A DNA stretch of 64,000 nt from Gekko japonicus (GCF_001447785.1 NW_015165353.1:1-64000), one strand, 5' to 3'; shown: positions 21,660 to 34,843, counted from the first letter of the stretch. The notes: a model not told the origin generated them from the letters alone. Made by a program: numbers and translations.

Positions 21660-24440
21660 ATATAAATCAGGTACACCAGAAGTTTAAAATGTAGAAGCAT
21701 TTTTACGTCAGATTAGATTGAGATCCTTAATTGAACAAGATAGGTTTAGTTTGAATTGAGAGTTTCCTGTTAACACGGCTGAAATAGCAGTTTAAAAGCT
21801 AAAAAAAATCTCCTGGATTGGATGGTATTATGGCATAATATTATAAAGTAATGGAGTAATATTAACTCCTGTGTTGAAACTTTTTAATGAGTCCTTAAGA
21901 AATGGTAACATTCCAGTACATTGAACGAGGCAGGAGTAATTTCCATACACAAGAAAGGTAAAGACTCTACAACTGCAAGCTCATACAGACCAATATCATT
22001 GTTGAATGTAAATTACAAGAAATTTACGTCCATTCTAGCAGCTAGACAGAATAATGTTATTGGTGGGTATATACATCATGACCAAATTGGATTTATGAAG
22101 GGTAGATATTTAGCAAATAATATTTGGAATATTATTTCTATATCGAATTATGTGGAGCTGAAAGAGGTCAAAGTTGGCGTTAATACTACTTGATGAGAAA
22201 AAAGCTTCTGACCACATTGAATGGTGTGTGTTTTTGTCCAAAATCTTTGAGGCATTTAATATTAAAAGTAAATTCTTGCATTTTATTAAAGTTGTATATA
22301 TTGTCAGTCTTATGTCTTCAGGTAAATAGGATATTGCCAGTTCTGATCATGCTTAACTGAGGCACTTTTCAAAGTTGTCCATTGTTGGCTATTTTATTTC
22401 TTACTAATATCAAACCCTTGGCTGAATTAATTAGAAGTAAATCAGAAATTGGCTGGACAAGAACTTACAATAAGCTACTATGCAGACAAAATATTGTAAC
22501 TAATCCTGAGAAATCAATTGAACAAACTTTGATATGCATAGAAGAATATAGCACATTTTCAAGTTTAAAATTAATAAATATACAATGGATTTATCTGCAT
22601 AGAATTTAGATGAAAATATGCAAAAAGAGATTTCAGCTGCATTGGAGTTGAATTGATCCAAAAGTGCTTGGAGATGCCTGAGTGTTTGGCTTAACTCTAA
22701 CACAAAATAATTATTATTATCAGATAGTATGGCATCAAATACTGTGTTAAATTTTATTTTGTTCACTAAGATAGTCCCAAAGGTTCTATTCCTATTTCAA
22801 AAGATTTCTATAGTCTTCTCTAAAAGAACATTACAAAATTGGCAAAGGGAAATTATCGAATATGTTTGGATAAATAAAAAGACTGGAGGAGAATTAGAAA
22901 TTCTACAAAGGAAAAAGGAGATTTGGCGTTTCCTAATTTATGAAGTTATATCAAATGATGATATTGAAACAATAAGTGAGTTCATGTCTCAAGAGATGCT
23001 CATTGGCTTCTTATTGAACAAGCTGGATGTAAAATTCTTTTGACTCAGTTCCCATGGCACACTGTTAAAACAGAAGAAGTTTAAAAAAGGGTCTTAAGTA
23101 TGATTACCTCTTAATAAATAATGCCATAGCTGTCTGGTGTCTTGTACAGAAAAAAATGATGCCACAATGATATATATATAAGCAATTCTTTGAGATTATG
23201 TCTCCATGGACAAGTTCGATTGTCAATAATTGTATAAGATTTATAGATATGATCAAAAGGGTAAATATTTACCCTAGACAGAAATACTGCAGTAAAACAG
23301 TGGGGTTAAATGGTTCCAGGTTTTGAAATCAATAAAAAAGTTAATAAATTCATTGGCAACTGTCACAATTTGAAAAATCAATATACACATAACCTGTTCA
23401 AAAAGACTTAATTTCAGCAATATATCAATTTTTACTGACTGATCCCCCATTGGTGTAATGTGCCATTTTTATAAGATGGCCAAAATCATCTTTTTTCTCT
23501 ACCTGGATTAATATTTTTTTTACTATCGCTATGTCAGCAATTAATGTAGGAGTGAAGGCCAGTCACCATTTGGGGCCAAGCGGGCATTTGGGGGGCCTTC
23601 TCCCTGACTGGCACTTGGAGAGAGCCCTTTTTCACCTGCTTCGTGATGTCCAGGCTGGTGGTAGTAATGATTAAGAATTAAATGAATAATTGAATTTAGG
23701 TTTAAGTAGGCTAGTCTTTGACTGTTTAGGCCATAACAAGTTTAGCAGGGATAGGGTGGGTTGCTCATTTAGGTAGGTATAAGCTATGAGCACCCTGAGC
23801 CATTGGGCATGATTGAGGGCATGTCCTGAACAGGCCATTGCTGGCTAGATGGCGGGATGGGGCTTGGGAAGAAGCACCTGTGGTGCTGAGCAACATCTTC
23901 CTGAACCTGGTAGTGGCTTAATGATGCATCAAGGTGGGGACTGGGGCTAGGTACCTCTTAGCACGCATTGTGCAGGTGAGGATAAACAAGGCCAGGGTGG
24001 ATTTGCCAGGACAAAGACAGCCATAGTTAATTGATTATGTAGATCGGCAGCTCTGAATACATTTAAATAAACGAGTTAAACCCACATTGTTGTCATGAGT
24101 CTTCATTTGGTACTGGGCAAGAGGCAACACATTTAAATATTAAGGCTTAGACAAATTAAGTATGGGAGTTGGCTGCATTATCTAAATTGACTGAGCTAAT
24201 TAAGCTGAGAGATGAGAGGGCTAAGCATGCTTACTTTAATTCTTGGAAGCTTTTTTTTTAGATTTTTGGAATAGAGGACCAGGTATTCAATGTATGGTAT
24301 CATTTTTGTATGATATGTCTGGATTGATTGTGAAGGGGCAGATGACTGGGAAAAAGAAAATAATCATATATAATATATCTTAGATATGCAAGGTATCTTA
24401 AAGTTTGGTAGACAAAATTAGTTTAATTTAGCTGTGATAT
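21660..24440 (+). mobile_element. Degraded L1-clade LINE ORF2 (RT region)
   Basis: SPGLDG, SYRPISLLNVNYK, DQIGFMKGR and TKIVPKVLFLFQ motifs with many stops. Interrupted at 23545-24131. Confidence 0.8.
23545..24131 (+). mobile_element. Possible solo LTR inserted in the L1
   Basis: GC-richer block starting TGTAGG and ending CAACACA, with GTATAAG at about 23777 and AATAAA at about 24065. Flanks ATTAA/TTTAA. Confidence 0.45.
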
Positions 24441-24452
24441 TATAGTTCTCTG

Positions 24453-24808
24453 CAGGGCTATTTTTGGGCAGGAACGCACAGGAACGGAGTTCCGGCTGGC
24501 TCCCGAGTTGGCCATGCCCAGCAGGAACGCATTAGCATAATAGGCCATACCCAACAGCAGAAACTCATTAGGATTGGCTACATTAGGGGTGTGTGGCCTA
24601 ACATGCAAAGAAGTTCCTGCTACAAAAAGCCCTGGGTTTTGACAATAAACAAAGTAAACAGAATAAGAAGCAAAAGGGGTGTGGCCTAATGTGCTAATGA
24701 GCTGTGCTGTCAGGGGTGTGGCCCAATATGCTAATGCGTTCCTGCTGTTGGGTGTGGCCTATTATGCTAATGAGTTCCTGCTGGGCTTTTTCTACAAAAA
24801 AAGTCCTG
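24453..24808. mobile_element. hAT-type MITE; second copy at 26136-26533
   Basis: CAGGGCTATTTTT...AAAAAAAGTCCTG ends with a perfect 8-bp TSD GTTCTCTG (24445-24452 / 24809-24816). Confidence 0.85.
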
Positions 24809-25017
24809 GTTCTCTGGATACAAGAGTTTACGGCCTTCTGCAAATTGCTTGTTTATAGGCTGTTTATCTCATTGAGTCTAGATTGGGGTTGTCAGGTCCT
24901 ACCTGGCTGCCGGTGGGGAGCTCCAGGGTCTGTCCCAGGATCTTCTGGTGCACACGAAGCACACGTACCACAATAACATCACCTGGACGTGACATCATCA
25001 CATCACTGATGTCAGGA

Positions 25018-25473
25018 GGGTGATGCCCTAGTTTTTGGGCAAAACTCGTATGGTTTGAGCCCAATTTTACCATAGAGTCACCCCTGATGTTGGCGACATG
25101 AAGACGTCACTTCCGGTTGATGTCATTACGTCACGTTCGGGGGCATTTGCAGGTGGGGTTTCCTCCCACTGGCCAGCTGGCCAGTGGTGGAAAGGAGTCT
25201 GCAAAAGCAGGGGAACCCCCACCCGGACCAGAGGACAGCCAGACGGGGTGATGCCCTAGTTTTTGGGCAAAACTCGTATGGTTTGAGCCCAATTTTACCA
25301 TAGAGTCACCCCTGATGTTGGCGACATGAAGACGTCACTTCCGGTTGATGTCATTACGTCACGTTCGGGGGCATTTGCAGGTGGGGTTTCCTCCCACTGG
25401 CCAGCTGGCCAGTGGTGGAAAGGAGTCTGCAAAAGCAGGGGAACCCCCACCCGGACCAGAGGACAGCCAGACG
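25018..25473 (+). repeat. Exact tandem duplication, 228 bp x2
   Basis: GGGTGATGCCCTAG...CAGCCAGACG at 25018-25245 and 25246-25473. Confidence 0.9.
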
Positions 25474-25530
25474 TCTTTGGAGCCAGGGGCCACCAGCAGA
25501 TTGTTTTTAGCAGAGTGTAACGCTCTTCAA

Positions 25531-25886
25531 GGAGCTGCGGTGGCTCAAGTGGTTAAGACGCTGAACTGCAGGCTGTGGAAGGTCGGTAGTTCAGCAGTTC
25601 GAGACCCGAGTGTGCCGCATAATGGAGTGAGCTCCCGTCTCTCGTTCCAGCTCCTGCCAACCTAGCAGTTCGAAAGCAAGAAATTGCAAGTAGATAAATA
25701 GGTACCACTTCCGTGGGAAGGGAACTGCGTTCCGTGCGCCTTGGTGTTTAGTCATGCCGGCCACATGACCACGGAAACGTCTTCGGACAGCGCTGGCTCT
25801 TCGGCTTTGAAATGGAGATGAGCACCACAACCCTAGAATTGGACTCAACTGGCTTTCGAGCAAGGGAGACCTTTACCTTTACCTTT
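25531..25886 (+). mobile_element. Sauria SINE
   Basis: Same head and (ACCTTT)n tail as the 14326 copy. Confidence 0.85.
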
Positions 25887-25889
25887 TTA

Positions 25890-26095
25890 ATGCTCTTCAG
25901 GGGACATACCAGAGGAGGCGTTTCCAAAGATAGGTGGGTCCCAGACTGCTCAAGGCCTTAAAGGTCATTATCAAAAGCTTGAACCTGGCTCGGTACTCCA
26001 CTGGGAGCCGGTGTAGCTGGTGGAGCATCAGTAGAATATGTGATGTCCGTGGCGCTTCCATCAGGACTTCCACCGCCACATTCTGGATCAGTTGT
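25890..26095 (-). mobile_element. L2 LINE ORF2 C-terminal fragment
   Basis: LHQLHRLPVEYRARFKLLIMTFKAL resembles the L2 LHWLPV..RI.FK.L...FKAL motif. Confidence 0.7.
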
Positions 26096-26591
26096 AGTGT
26101 TCAATAATGAGTGTTCTTAATTTGATACCAGTATTCAGGGCTATTTTTGGGCAGGAACGCACAGGAACGGAGTTCCGGCTGGATCCCAAGTTGACCACGC
26201 CCAGCAGGAACTCATTAGCATAATAGGCCACACCCAAAAGCAGAAACTCATTAGGATTGGCTACGATTAGGGGTGTGTGGCCTAATATGCAAAGGAGTTC
26301 CTGCTCCAAAAAAAAAGCCCTGGGTTTTGTCAACAAACAAGGTAAAGAGAATAAGAAGCAAAAGGTGGGTGTGGTTGGATGACCACACTTCTGGTAACAG
26401 GGGGTGTGGCCTAATATGTGACTGAGCTGTGCTGTCAGGGGTGTGGCCTAATAGGCTAATACGTTCCTGCTGTTGGGTGTGGCCTATTATGCTAATGAGT
26501 TCCTGCTGGGCTTTTTCTACAAAAAAAGCCCTGATAATACATTATATACATATATATTACATACATGAAGCCTTAACACTGAATCCAAGAT

Positions 26592-26645
26592 CAGATAAAC
26601 CTACCCTGGCAGATAAACCTACCCTGGCAGATAAACCTACCCTGT
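26592..26645 (+). repeat. 18-bp tandem repeat x3
   Basis: CAGATAAACCTACCCTGG, three copies. Confidence 0.9.
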
Positions 26646-27466
26646 TCCAGCCTCATGCTTGCATTCTGCATTCACTGTTAGCCTTCTAGAAAGCTCTGTT
26701 TTTTAGTTGCGAAGCACAGGGGTAAGTGTCATGTGACCCAACACAGCACTCTGGGGCTTGTAGGAAAGGCTCTTAGAGAACTTACCAAGAATGGCAGAAT
26801 TCTCTACACGGATAGCTGATATATAGTATATTCCCAGGAAGATGGGGGGGGGGATATATATAAATTGCAATTGCCTGCAGAACCACATGCATGCTATGTC
26901 TATCATTTATTTTCTACAGTTTGAGAAGTAGACCTTGCAAAAAAAAAACCCCACTATCTGCATAACCTAACGTAGGTGGTGGAAATCTATGGCCTTTCTT
27001 CAGGCCTGCAAGAGAAAGAAGACCTTCTTTCATCATACTTTACACCATCATAATTTCTCCAGTGTCACGGAGATTGTGTGCACTGAAAGAAAATAAAACT
27101 CAGCTACTAAGAGCCATAAGCGTACATTTTAATGGCCCAGTAGTGGGTCACCATATGGAACACAGAAGCAGCTACCAGCAGAATTCTTGGGACCACAAAC
27201 TTCATCATGGCTAGGCACTACCATGAACTTTTGTGTTTATACAGAAGAATCTTTTTGGGTAAGCAGGATGATTGGACCAGATATTTCGCTTGTGGGAAGG
27301 CCATTACCCATTTCTTTTGAAGTGTGCGTCACTGAATTCCAAACCATCTTTAAAATTTTAGTTTATAAGAAGAGGGGTAAGTTATGAAATATTAAAAGTA
27401 GTTCAAGACATATATTTCATGAAATGCTGGTGAATTATAGTTTCTGCTTGTCATAGATTTATTCAA

Positions 27467-27482
27467 ACACAAGGTGGTGCAA
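27467..27482 (+). promoter_or_regulatory. CSE / CTCF-type site of the A2 promoter
   Basis: ACACAAGGTGGTGCAA, homologous to 10821 and 291 bp upstream of ATG 27758. Confidence 0.65.
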
Positions 27483-27757
27483 TTGGACAACACATAGCAA
27501 ACTTTCAGGGCGTATCAGGTTTCCCACATAGCTCTTGCTGTCACAAAGAAGGGATCTCAAAGAGAAATAGAAGGCAATCGTCCTTGCAGGCATAGACAGA
27601 AATTTCAGAAGGAAAAAGCCACTGTATTTATTACTGATAACAGATATAGAAAAAAGAGATTTTCATTGGGTAAAGACAACAAAGCCAGTTCCAGGAACTG
27701 CCTTCTTTACAAAGAACCATCCTGTGTGTCAGACGTACCTTCAAGGAGGGTGAGAAA

Positions 27758-30181
27758 ATGGAAATGCATCGCAACAAAAGGCAAGGTTGGTCTTTTTTTC
27801 TGTATCTCTGCATGTGTGGGGGGATATGCGAATCCTTCCTGTATTTAGTGCCTGAGGAAAAGAAAAGTGGGTCTCTGGTGGCAAACCTGCTAGAGGATTT
27901 GAAAGTGGAGGATGTGAAGGAGCTGTCTGCTCGTGGGGCTCGGCTGGTTTCTAAAAGCAGCAAGCAATTTTTACAGCTGGATCCACACTCTGGGAATTTG
28001 TTATTAAAGGACAGAATAGACCGAGAAGGCTTTTGTGGTCAGAAGGACCCTTGCGTCTTGATTTCAGAGATTGTACTGGAAAATCCACTGCAAGTGCACA
28101 GAATTGAAGTCCAAATAGAGGATGTGAATGACAATTCCCCCCACTTCTCTAAAAAGGAGTTCCTTCTTGAAATACCCGAACAGACTCCCCTGAATACCCG
28201 ATTCCCGTTGGAGAGTGCTAAAGATGCAGATAGAGGAGAAAATGGTGTTCAGAACTATACCCTTAGTCCAAATGACCATTTTAGGTTGGGTGTTCAGAGT
28301 CACAGCGATGGTAGCAAAAGTGCAGAATTAGTACTAGAGAAACAATTAGACCGTGAAGAGAATGCACGGCTTTTCCTGATTCTGTCGGCTATTGACGGAG
28401 GGACCCCAAAGAGAACAGGCACAGCAAAAATTGTAATTGATGTTCTGGACAACAATGATAATGTCCCTCAGTTCCATCAATCTCTGTACAAAGTGAAGGT
28501 ACTGGAAAATGCCCCCCCAAACACACTTGTAGCTAAAGTGGAAGCAACGGACAGGGATCTTGGATCTAATGCAGACATCACCTATTCCTTCGGACAGGTG
28601 CCAGAAAATGTGCTCAGATCGTTCAAGTTAAACAAACATACTGGGGAACTTATTGTTGCAGGAACCATTGATTATGAAGAAGACAAAAGTTATGCCATGA
28701 ACATCAAAGCCACAGATGGAGGGGGCCTGTCTGCTTACTGCAAAGTCGTTGTGGAGGTGCAGGACACCAATGACAATGCCCCAGAGGTGACCGTAACCTC
28801 CATCACCAGCCCCTTTCCAGAAGATTCACCTCCAGATACTGTTGCAGCCCTCTTCAGTGTCACCGATCAGGACTCTGGAGATAATGGCAGAACTTCCTGC
28901 ATCATTGAGACAAACTTGCCCTTCATTTTAAAAACCTCAGAGAATAACTATTACCAGCTGGTGATCCAGCAACCCCTCGACCGAGAAGGAGTCTCAGAGT
29001 ACAACATCACCATCACAGCTACGGACTGGGGGTCTCCCCGGCTCACTTCAACAAAAATAATTAATGTTCAGATCTCAGATGTCAATGACAACTCCCCAGT
29101 ATTTGAGATGTCATATTACGAACTGCCAATAGTAGAAAATAATATTCCAGGTCTTCTAATGGGATTAGTGCATGCCGATGACCTGGACACTGAGCAGAAC
29201 GCCAAAATTACCTATTCACTTTTGCCTGGGAAGGTCAGTGATCAACCTGTGTCCTCTTACGTCTCCATCAACTCTGAAACTGGGAATCTGTATTCCATCC
29301 GATCTCTGGACTATGAACAGGTGAAAGATTTCCAAGTAACTGTGAGGGCTGTGGACAGCGGTTCTCCTCCCCTGAGCTCCCAAGTTATGGTCCGAGTCAT
29401 TGTCATGGATGAAAATGATAATGCTCCGTTCATCCTCTACCCTCTTCAGAATGGCACTTCCCCATCCAATGACCTGGTTCCTAGGGGGGCGGAGGCTGGC
29501 TACCTGGTCACCAAGGTGGTGGCAGTGGACAGAGATTCCGGTCAGAACTCCTGGCTTACCTATGAGCTCCTGAAGGCTACAGAACCGGGTCTGTTCAGTG
29601 TGGGGGCCCAGAATGGAGAAGTGAAAACCATGAGACCAATTCATAAACGAGACACCTTCAAACAGAAACTGATCATTGGAGTCAGAGATAATGGTCACCC
29701 TCCCCAGTCCACCTCTGCAACACTAAGCATTCTGTTAGTGGATGGCTTTTCTGACCCTTATATGAAAATGTTGGATATCCCAAAGGAAGAAATGATGGAG
29801 AAAGAAGACCGTACCCTGACGATGTATCTGGTCATATGTTTGGCTGTCATCTCCTTCATTTTTCTGGTTTCTATGTTGGTGTTTGTGGCCATCAAGATTC
29901 AGAAAAGGAGAAAGTTCGTAGAGAGCTCCACCCTGAATTTCCCAGTGGTACCAAATTTCCCAGAGAACAGTGGAGATGTTGATGCTGGATCCCTTTCCCG
30001 GGCTTACAACTATGAGGTGTGCTTAGCTGGTGGTTCTCTGAACAGCGAGTTCAGGTTTCTCAGGCCTCTCTTTCCTGTGTTTTCTGTGGAGCCTGCTCAA
30101 AACCAGGGAGATTCAAGGATTTCTGGTCACCATGCAGAAGATCAGGTCAGTAGTCAGGTAAGAAGAATTGATTTACCATAA
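27758..30181 (+). CDS. PCDHB: Protocadherin-beta-type variable exon A2 (intact, 807 aa if unspliced)
   Basis: Signal peptide, EC1-EC6, TM and beta-type tail. Donor CAG|GTAAGA after 30157. Confidence 0.95.
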   Translation: MEMHRNKRQGWSFFLYLCMCGGICESFLYLVPEEKKSGSLVANLLEDLKVEDVKELSARGARLVSKSSKQFLQLDPHSGNLLLKDRIDREGFCGQKDPCVLISEIVLENPLQVHRIEVQIEDVNDNSPHFSKKEFLLEIPEQTPLNTRFPLESAKDADRGENGVQNYTLSPNDHFRLGVQSHSDGSKSAELVLEKQLDREENARLFLILSAIDGGTPKRTGTAKIVIDVLDNNDNVPQFHQSLYKVKVLENAPPNTLVAKVEATDRDLGSNADITYSFGQVPENVLRSFKLNKHTGELIVAGTIDYEEDKSYAMNIKATDGGGLSAYCKVVVEVQDTNDNAPEVTVTSITSPFPEDSPPDTVAALFSVTDQDSGDNGRTSCIIETNLPFILKTSENNYYQLVIQQPLDREGVSEYNITITATDWGSPRLTSTKIINVQISDVNDNSPVFEMSYYELPIVENNIPGLLMGLVHADDLDTEQNAKITYSLLPGKVSDQPVSSYVSINSETGNLYSIRSLDYEQVKDFQVTVRAVDSGSPPLSSQVMVRVIVMDENDNAPFILYPLQNGTSPSNDLVPRGAEAGYLVTKVVAVDRDSGQNSWLTYELLKATEPGLFSVGAQNGEVKTMRPIHKRDTFKQKLIIGVRDNGHPPQSTSATLSILLVDGFSDPYMKMLDIPKEEMMEKEDRTLTMYLVICLAVISFIFLVSMLVFVAIKIQKRRKFVESSTLNFPVVPNFPENSGDVDAGSLSRAYNYEVCLAGGSLNSEFRFLRPLFPVFSVEPAQNQGDSRISGHHAEDQVSSQVRRIDLP

Positions 30182-31076
30182 AATTAGTGATAATTGAATT
30201 CCAAAATTATTGATATTAGTGACAGTTCCGTGTAACCCAATCATACTCCAACACCACTGAATCAGAAGAACTGAAACATAAATGTTCGTAGTTGCACTCA
30301 ACTAAGAACACTTATGTCTGCTTTTTTTCCTGCTTTTTGCACATACAGAGGGCTTTAACATTAAAGATGAATATTCACTATGTAAAGTGTTATAATATAA
30401 CTGCCAAATTAGTATAAATGGAAGCCAGTTATACTGACTGCATGGCTCATGGAGAGCCACATTTGTAATTAAACAGTCACCTGAGTGCTGTATGCCCTGT
30501 ATGCCACCTTACTAACCAAACGCATACAATAAGATATATCGATTAATATTAAATATGTAACTATGTCTGTAACCTTTTCAGTTAGCAGAATACCTCCGAG
30601 CCTGAAAGGTTCTCTCTCCCCATCACTGTTGATGGTTAGGCAGTCCTGGAGTATATGGAGGGAAAGGAGGGCTTGCAAGGCAAACTTATGACACATCAGT
30701 ATATGCAAACTTTCAAGTTCTTCAGAACTCTTTATTAGCAAGGTTGTGCGAAAAAACAAAAATGCTTCCATAGGTCAAAAGCAACTTGGGTGCTGTAATA
30801 AGAGTACGAAGACTGCAAAGATTTGTGAGGGGTTGTTAAACCTTTCTATCTCTAACACGAGGCCTGCAGCTCAGGGAGACTCCCATTTTAGCCATCCTCC
30901 AATGACAGCTGTTTCAAGAAAAACCTCAGAGAAACGCCTGCCGGCCACTTGCACCCCTGGGCAATAGCCTTGCCCTCCTTCCTGAAAAATGTGGTGGGTT
31001 CCACATGGGGGAACGGTGTTCAGAAGCACCACAAGTGGCATGTGAAAGAGCCACAGAAGGCTCACAAGCCACTGAG

Positions 31077-31282
31077 CAATGCTCCCTCTAAGCTGTGGAG
31101 TCTTGTGAGCAAAAATTCCACTTTGTGGGCGACTGTCATTAAAGTTGTGAGTGAGCGATTGGGCTACTTCATAAATTAGTTTGCTCTGGAGCCATCCTTC
31201 CTGAGTGAAGACAAAGATGTGTGAGCCAGAGGCTAAAAAAGTGTGAGCTAGCTCACACTAACTCAGCTTAGAGGGAGCACTG
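31077..31282. mobile_element. hAT-type MITE
   Basis: TIRs as at 6575. Perfect 8-bp TSD CCACTGAG. Absent from the paralogous flank at about 51315. Confidence 0.9.
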
Positions 31283-31957
31283 CCACTGAGTATCACTGAT
31301 TTAAGCAGAATGCATACTGGCTTACCGTTTATGCAGTGGTTCTCAAATTGTGGGTTGTCTAACTGGTCAGTTGCAATGCCAGAAGGGAGGCAGAGGGGAA
31401 AGGCAAGGTGGAAGAGGCACCCGTAAAAATGGATGAAATTTCCTTGTCTTCCCATTCAGTGGGGAGTCACTCCGCCCTTTATCTTTTTCATTTTGGGGGC
31501 AGAAGTCTGCTTCGTCAACCACGGCAGTAGGAGCCACTCCACATGCTGCGTTTTTACATATACTAATAATTTGGTGTGTGTAAACGAGAACTTTGAACAC
31601 ATTGATTGGGCGGGTGTGATTGGATGCAGTTGCATTTCAAGTAGGTGTGCATTTTATATGCATAAAGTGCAAACATGGCTGAGAGATCTTTATGCAAACC
31701 ATTGCTCACGATTGCTATGTATTAATAAATCTTCGAAATAAAACGTTTTGTTCAATAGTAACTTAGATGAGAGTCTTCCATTGTGTGTACATAGGGGAGG
31801 CGGAGTAGCAGAGGATGACTTTGCAGGGGGATTCTAAAATCATAGTAAGATAGCAGTCCAGCTGCCCCCCAAAATTTGAGAATTGGTCCATGAATAAGGC
31901 AAAGGTAAAGCAGTTAATAAACAGACATGCAGCTTTCATGGTTTTCTTCTGGTGAAA

Positions 31958-31973
31958 CCACAAGATGGCAGTA
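31958..31973 (+). promoter_or_regulatory. CSE / CTCF-type site of the B2 promoter
   Basis: CCACAAGATGGCAGTA, 259 bp upstream of ATG 32217. Confidence 0.75.
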
Positions 31974-32216
31974 TTGGCAAAGAGATGAGCTGCAAATGGT
32001 ATTTCTAGCATTTTATTTCTAGCAGCTCAAGCAGAAATCTAACAGGCACTCTGAATGCAGAGGGAGGGAAGGAAGGTGCTGGACAGACAGGAAGATTCAA
32101 GAATAAAAAGCAATGGAACATAGAAGATCAAAATTAATTATCTCAAAAAGATAAAATATCTCTGGATAGTACCAGGCTGCTTCCTGAACCACAGATTCCT
32201 GACCATGTCTGGCATC

Positions 32217-34843
32217 ATGGACAATAACTTCAGGAAAGGTCTGTACCTTTTGTTCTTATTCTCTCTGTCTGGAGTGGTGTGTGTCTCAATTCGTTATTCT
32301 TTGCCTGAGGAGAAGAAAAGTGGGTCTCTGGTGGCTAATGTGCTGAAGGATTTGAAGCTGGGACCAGGGGAGCTCTCTGCTCGCAGAGCCCAGCTAGTTT
32401 CCAAAAGCCATAAGCAATATTTCCAGCTGGATACCCATTCTGGGAATCTGTTTGTAAATGAAAAGATAGACAGAGAAGCTTTGTGTGGTGAGATGGACTC
32501 TTGCTTACTGTTGTCTGAAATTGTGCTCCAGAACCCCTTAACAATCTACAGCATTGAGATGCAGGTAGAAGATATAAATGACAACTCTCCAGCATTTTCT
32601 CAAACTGAACTTGACCTGTCTATTCCTGAGAATGCTCCCACAAATAGTCGATTCCCCCTGGAACCAGCCCAAGATAGAGACTTGGGCAAAAACAGTATTC
32701 AGAACTACACCCTCAGTCCTAATGAGAATTTTCAGCTGGAAATTCAAAGTGGCAGGGATGGAAATAAAAATCTGGACCTTATTCTGGAAAAACCACTAGA
32801 CAGGGAGAAAGAGGCTCATTTGTTGCTGACTCTCACAGCAGTTGATGGAGGGGTGCCCCAGAGAATGGGAACAGTTCAAATAAAAATTAAGGTCCTGGAC
32901 AACAATGACAACCTCCCGGAGTTTACACAATCTGAATATATAGTGGGTTTGAAGGAAAATAGCCCTCCAGATACTCTGGTCTTGAAAGTGGAAGCCAGAG
33001 ATTTAGATTTTGGTTCAAATGCAGAGGTCACTTATTCTTTCCATCAGCCGCCTGAGAGAATAAGCAACTTGTTCCACTTGCATCAAACAACAGGGGAGAT
33101 CACTGTTGTGGGTCCAGTGGACTATGAAAAAGAAACCATTATATGAAGATCAAGGCAACAGATGGAGGCGGTCATACAGGCCACTGCAAGGTCCTGGTGG
33201 AAATTGAGGATGAGAATGACAATGTACCTGAGATCTCTGTCATATCCATCGCCAGCCCTTTGGCAGAAGACTCTCCTCTTGATACGTTAGTTGTGCTTTT
33301 CAGTGTCACAGACCAAGACTCTGGAGAAAATGGCAGGACCTCCTGCTCAATGGAGATAAACTTGCCCTTTCTGTTGAAAACCACTGTGAATAATTATTAT
33401 AAACTGGTAACCCAAAGGTTATTGGATAGAGAGAAAGACCCCGAGTATAACTTCACCATCACAGCTACCGATCAGGGCTCTCCCAGGCTCACTTCAAGAA
33501 GAACGCTTAGGGTTTTGGTCTCAGACATCAATGACAACTCTCCAGTGTTTGAGAAGTCCAAGTATGAAATGCAGGTGTGGGAAAACAACATTCCCGGCCT
33601 GCTGATGGGTTCGGTCCATGCTGTCGATCTGGATGTGGAGCAGAATGCCAAGGTGACCTATTCTCTTGTGCCAGGAAATGCCAGTGGTGCTCCTGTGGCC
33701 TCTTACGTTTCCATCAACTCTGAGACGGGGAATCTTTACGTCCTGCGATCTCTGGATTATGAGCAGATCAAGGAGTTCCAAGTGACAGTGAGGGCTTCAG
33801 ATGGGGGCTCTCCTCCACTGAGCTCAGAGGTTGTTGTTCGAGTTGTGATCCTGGATGAAAACGATAATGCCCCCTTCTTCCTCTACCCTCTTCAGAACAG
33901 CACCTCCGCCTTCAATGAGCTGGTTCCCAAGTCAGTGGAGGCCGGTTACCTGGTCGCCAAGGTGGTGGCTGTGGATGGGGATTCGGGCCAGAACTCTTGG
34001 CTGTCCTATGAATTGCTGAAGGCCACAGACCCTGGCCTTTTCAGCATTGGAGCCCAGAATNNNNNNNNNNNNNNNNNNNNNNNNNNNNNNNNNNNNNNNN
34101 NNNNNNNNNNNNNNNNNNNNNNNNNNNNNNNNNNNNNNNNNNNNNNNNNNNNNNNNNNNNNNNNNNNNNNNNNNNNNNNNNNNNNNNNNNNNNNNNNNNN
34201 NNNNNNNNNNNNNNNNNNNNNNNNNNNNNNNNNNNNNNNNNNNNNNNNNNNNNNNNNNNNNNNNNNNNNNNNNNNNNNNNNNNNNNNNNNNNNNNNNNNN
34301 NNNNNNNNNNNNNNNNNNNNNNNNNNNNNNNNNNNNNNNNNNNNNNNNNNNNNNNNNNNNNNNNNNNNNNNNNNNNNNNNNNNNNNNNNNNNNNNNNNNN
34401 NNNNNNNNNNNNNNNNNNNNNNNNNNNNNNNNNNNNNNNNNNNNNNNNNNNNNNNNNNNNNNNNNNNNNNNNNNNNNNNNNNNNNNNNNNNNNNNNNNNN
34501 NNNNNNNNNNNNNCTGATTTGCATCATTGTGTTTGTTGCCATTAAAATGTACAAGAAAGAGTCTAGTTTCATCACCGCCCTTCCTCAGTTCCCACCTGCC
34601 TTACCTGAGATCCCAGAAACTGGTGTCGATTCTCAGAGTGGATCACTTTCCCGGACTTACCAGTATGATGTTTGCCTAACTGGTGGATCCTTAAGCAGCG
34701 ATTTCAGATTCCTTAGGCCTCTCATTCCTGTTTTTTCTATGGGGGATCCAAACTTTTCTGAGAATCACAGGATTTCTTCTGGCTTTCAAGAGACTCCTGA
34801 GCAGGCAGAAGGCCAAGAACAAAGAGAACAGGTGAGTAAATAG
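32217..34843 (+). pseudogene. PCDHB: Protocadherin-beta-type exon B2 with a 4-bp deletion in EC3 (probable pseudogene); spans an assembly gap
   Basis: ACCATTATATG at about 33135 versus ACCAAATATTATATG in B4 gives a stop at 33144-33146. The rest of the frame is open (33143-34843). Donor CAG|GTGAGT after 34831. Confidence 0.85.
34061..34513. other. Assembly gap (453 N)
   Basis: Run of N inside the EC6 region of B2. Confidence 1.

Noticed and set aside
28708-28730. CCACAGATGGAGGGGGC as an exonic CTCF site
   Set aside because: Spacing does not fit the core, and the sequence is dictated by the ATDGGG cadherin motif.
34006-34575. Long ORFs containing X runs
   Set aside because: Artefacts of the N gap.
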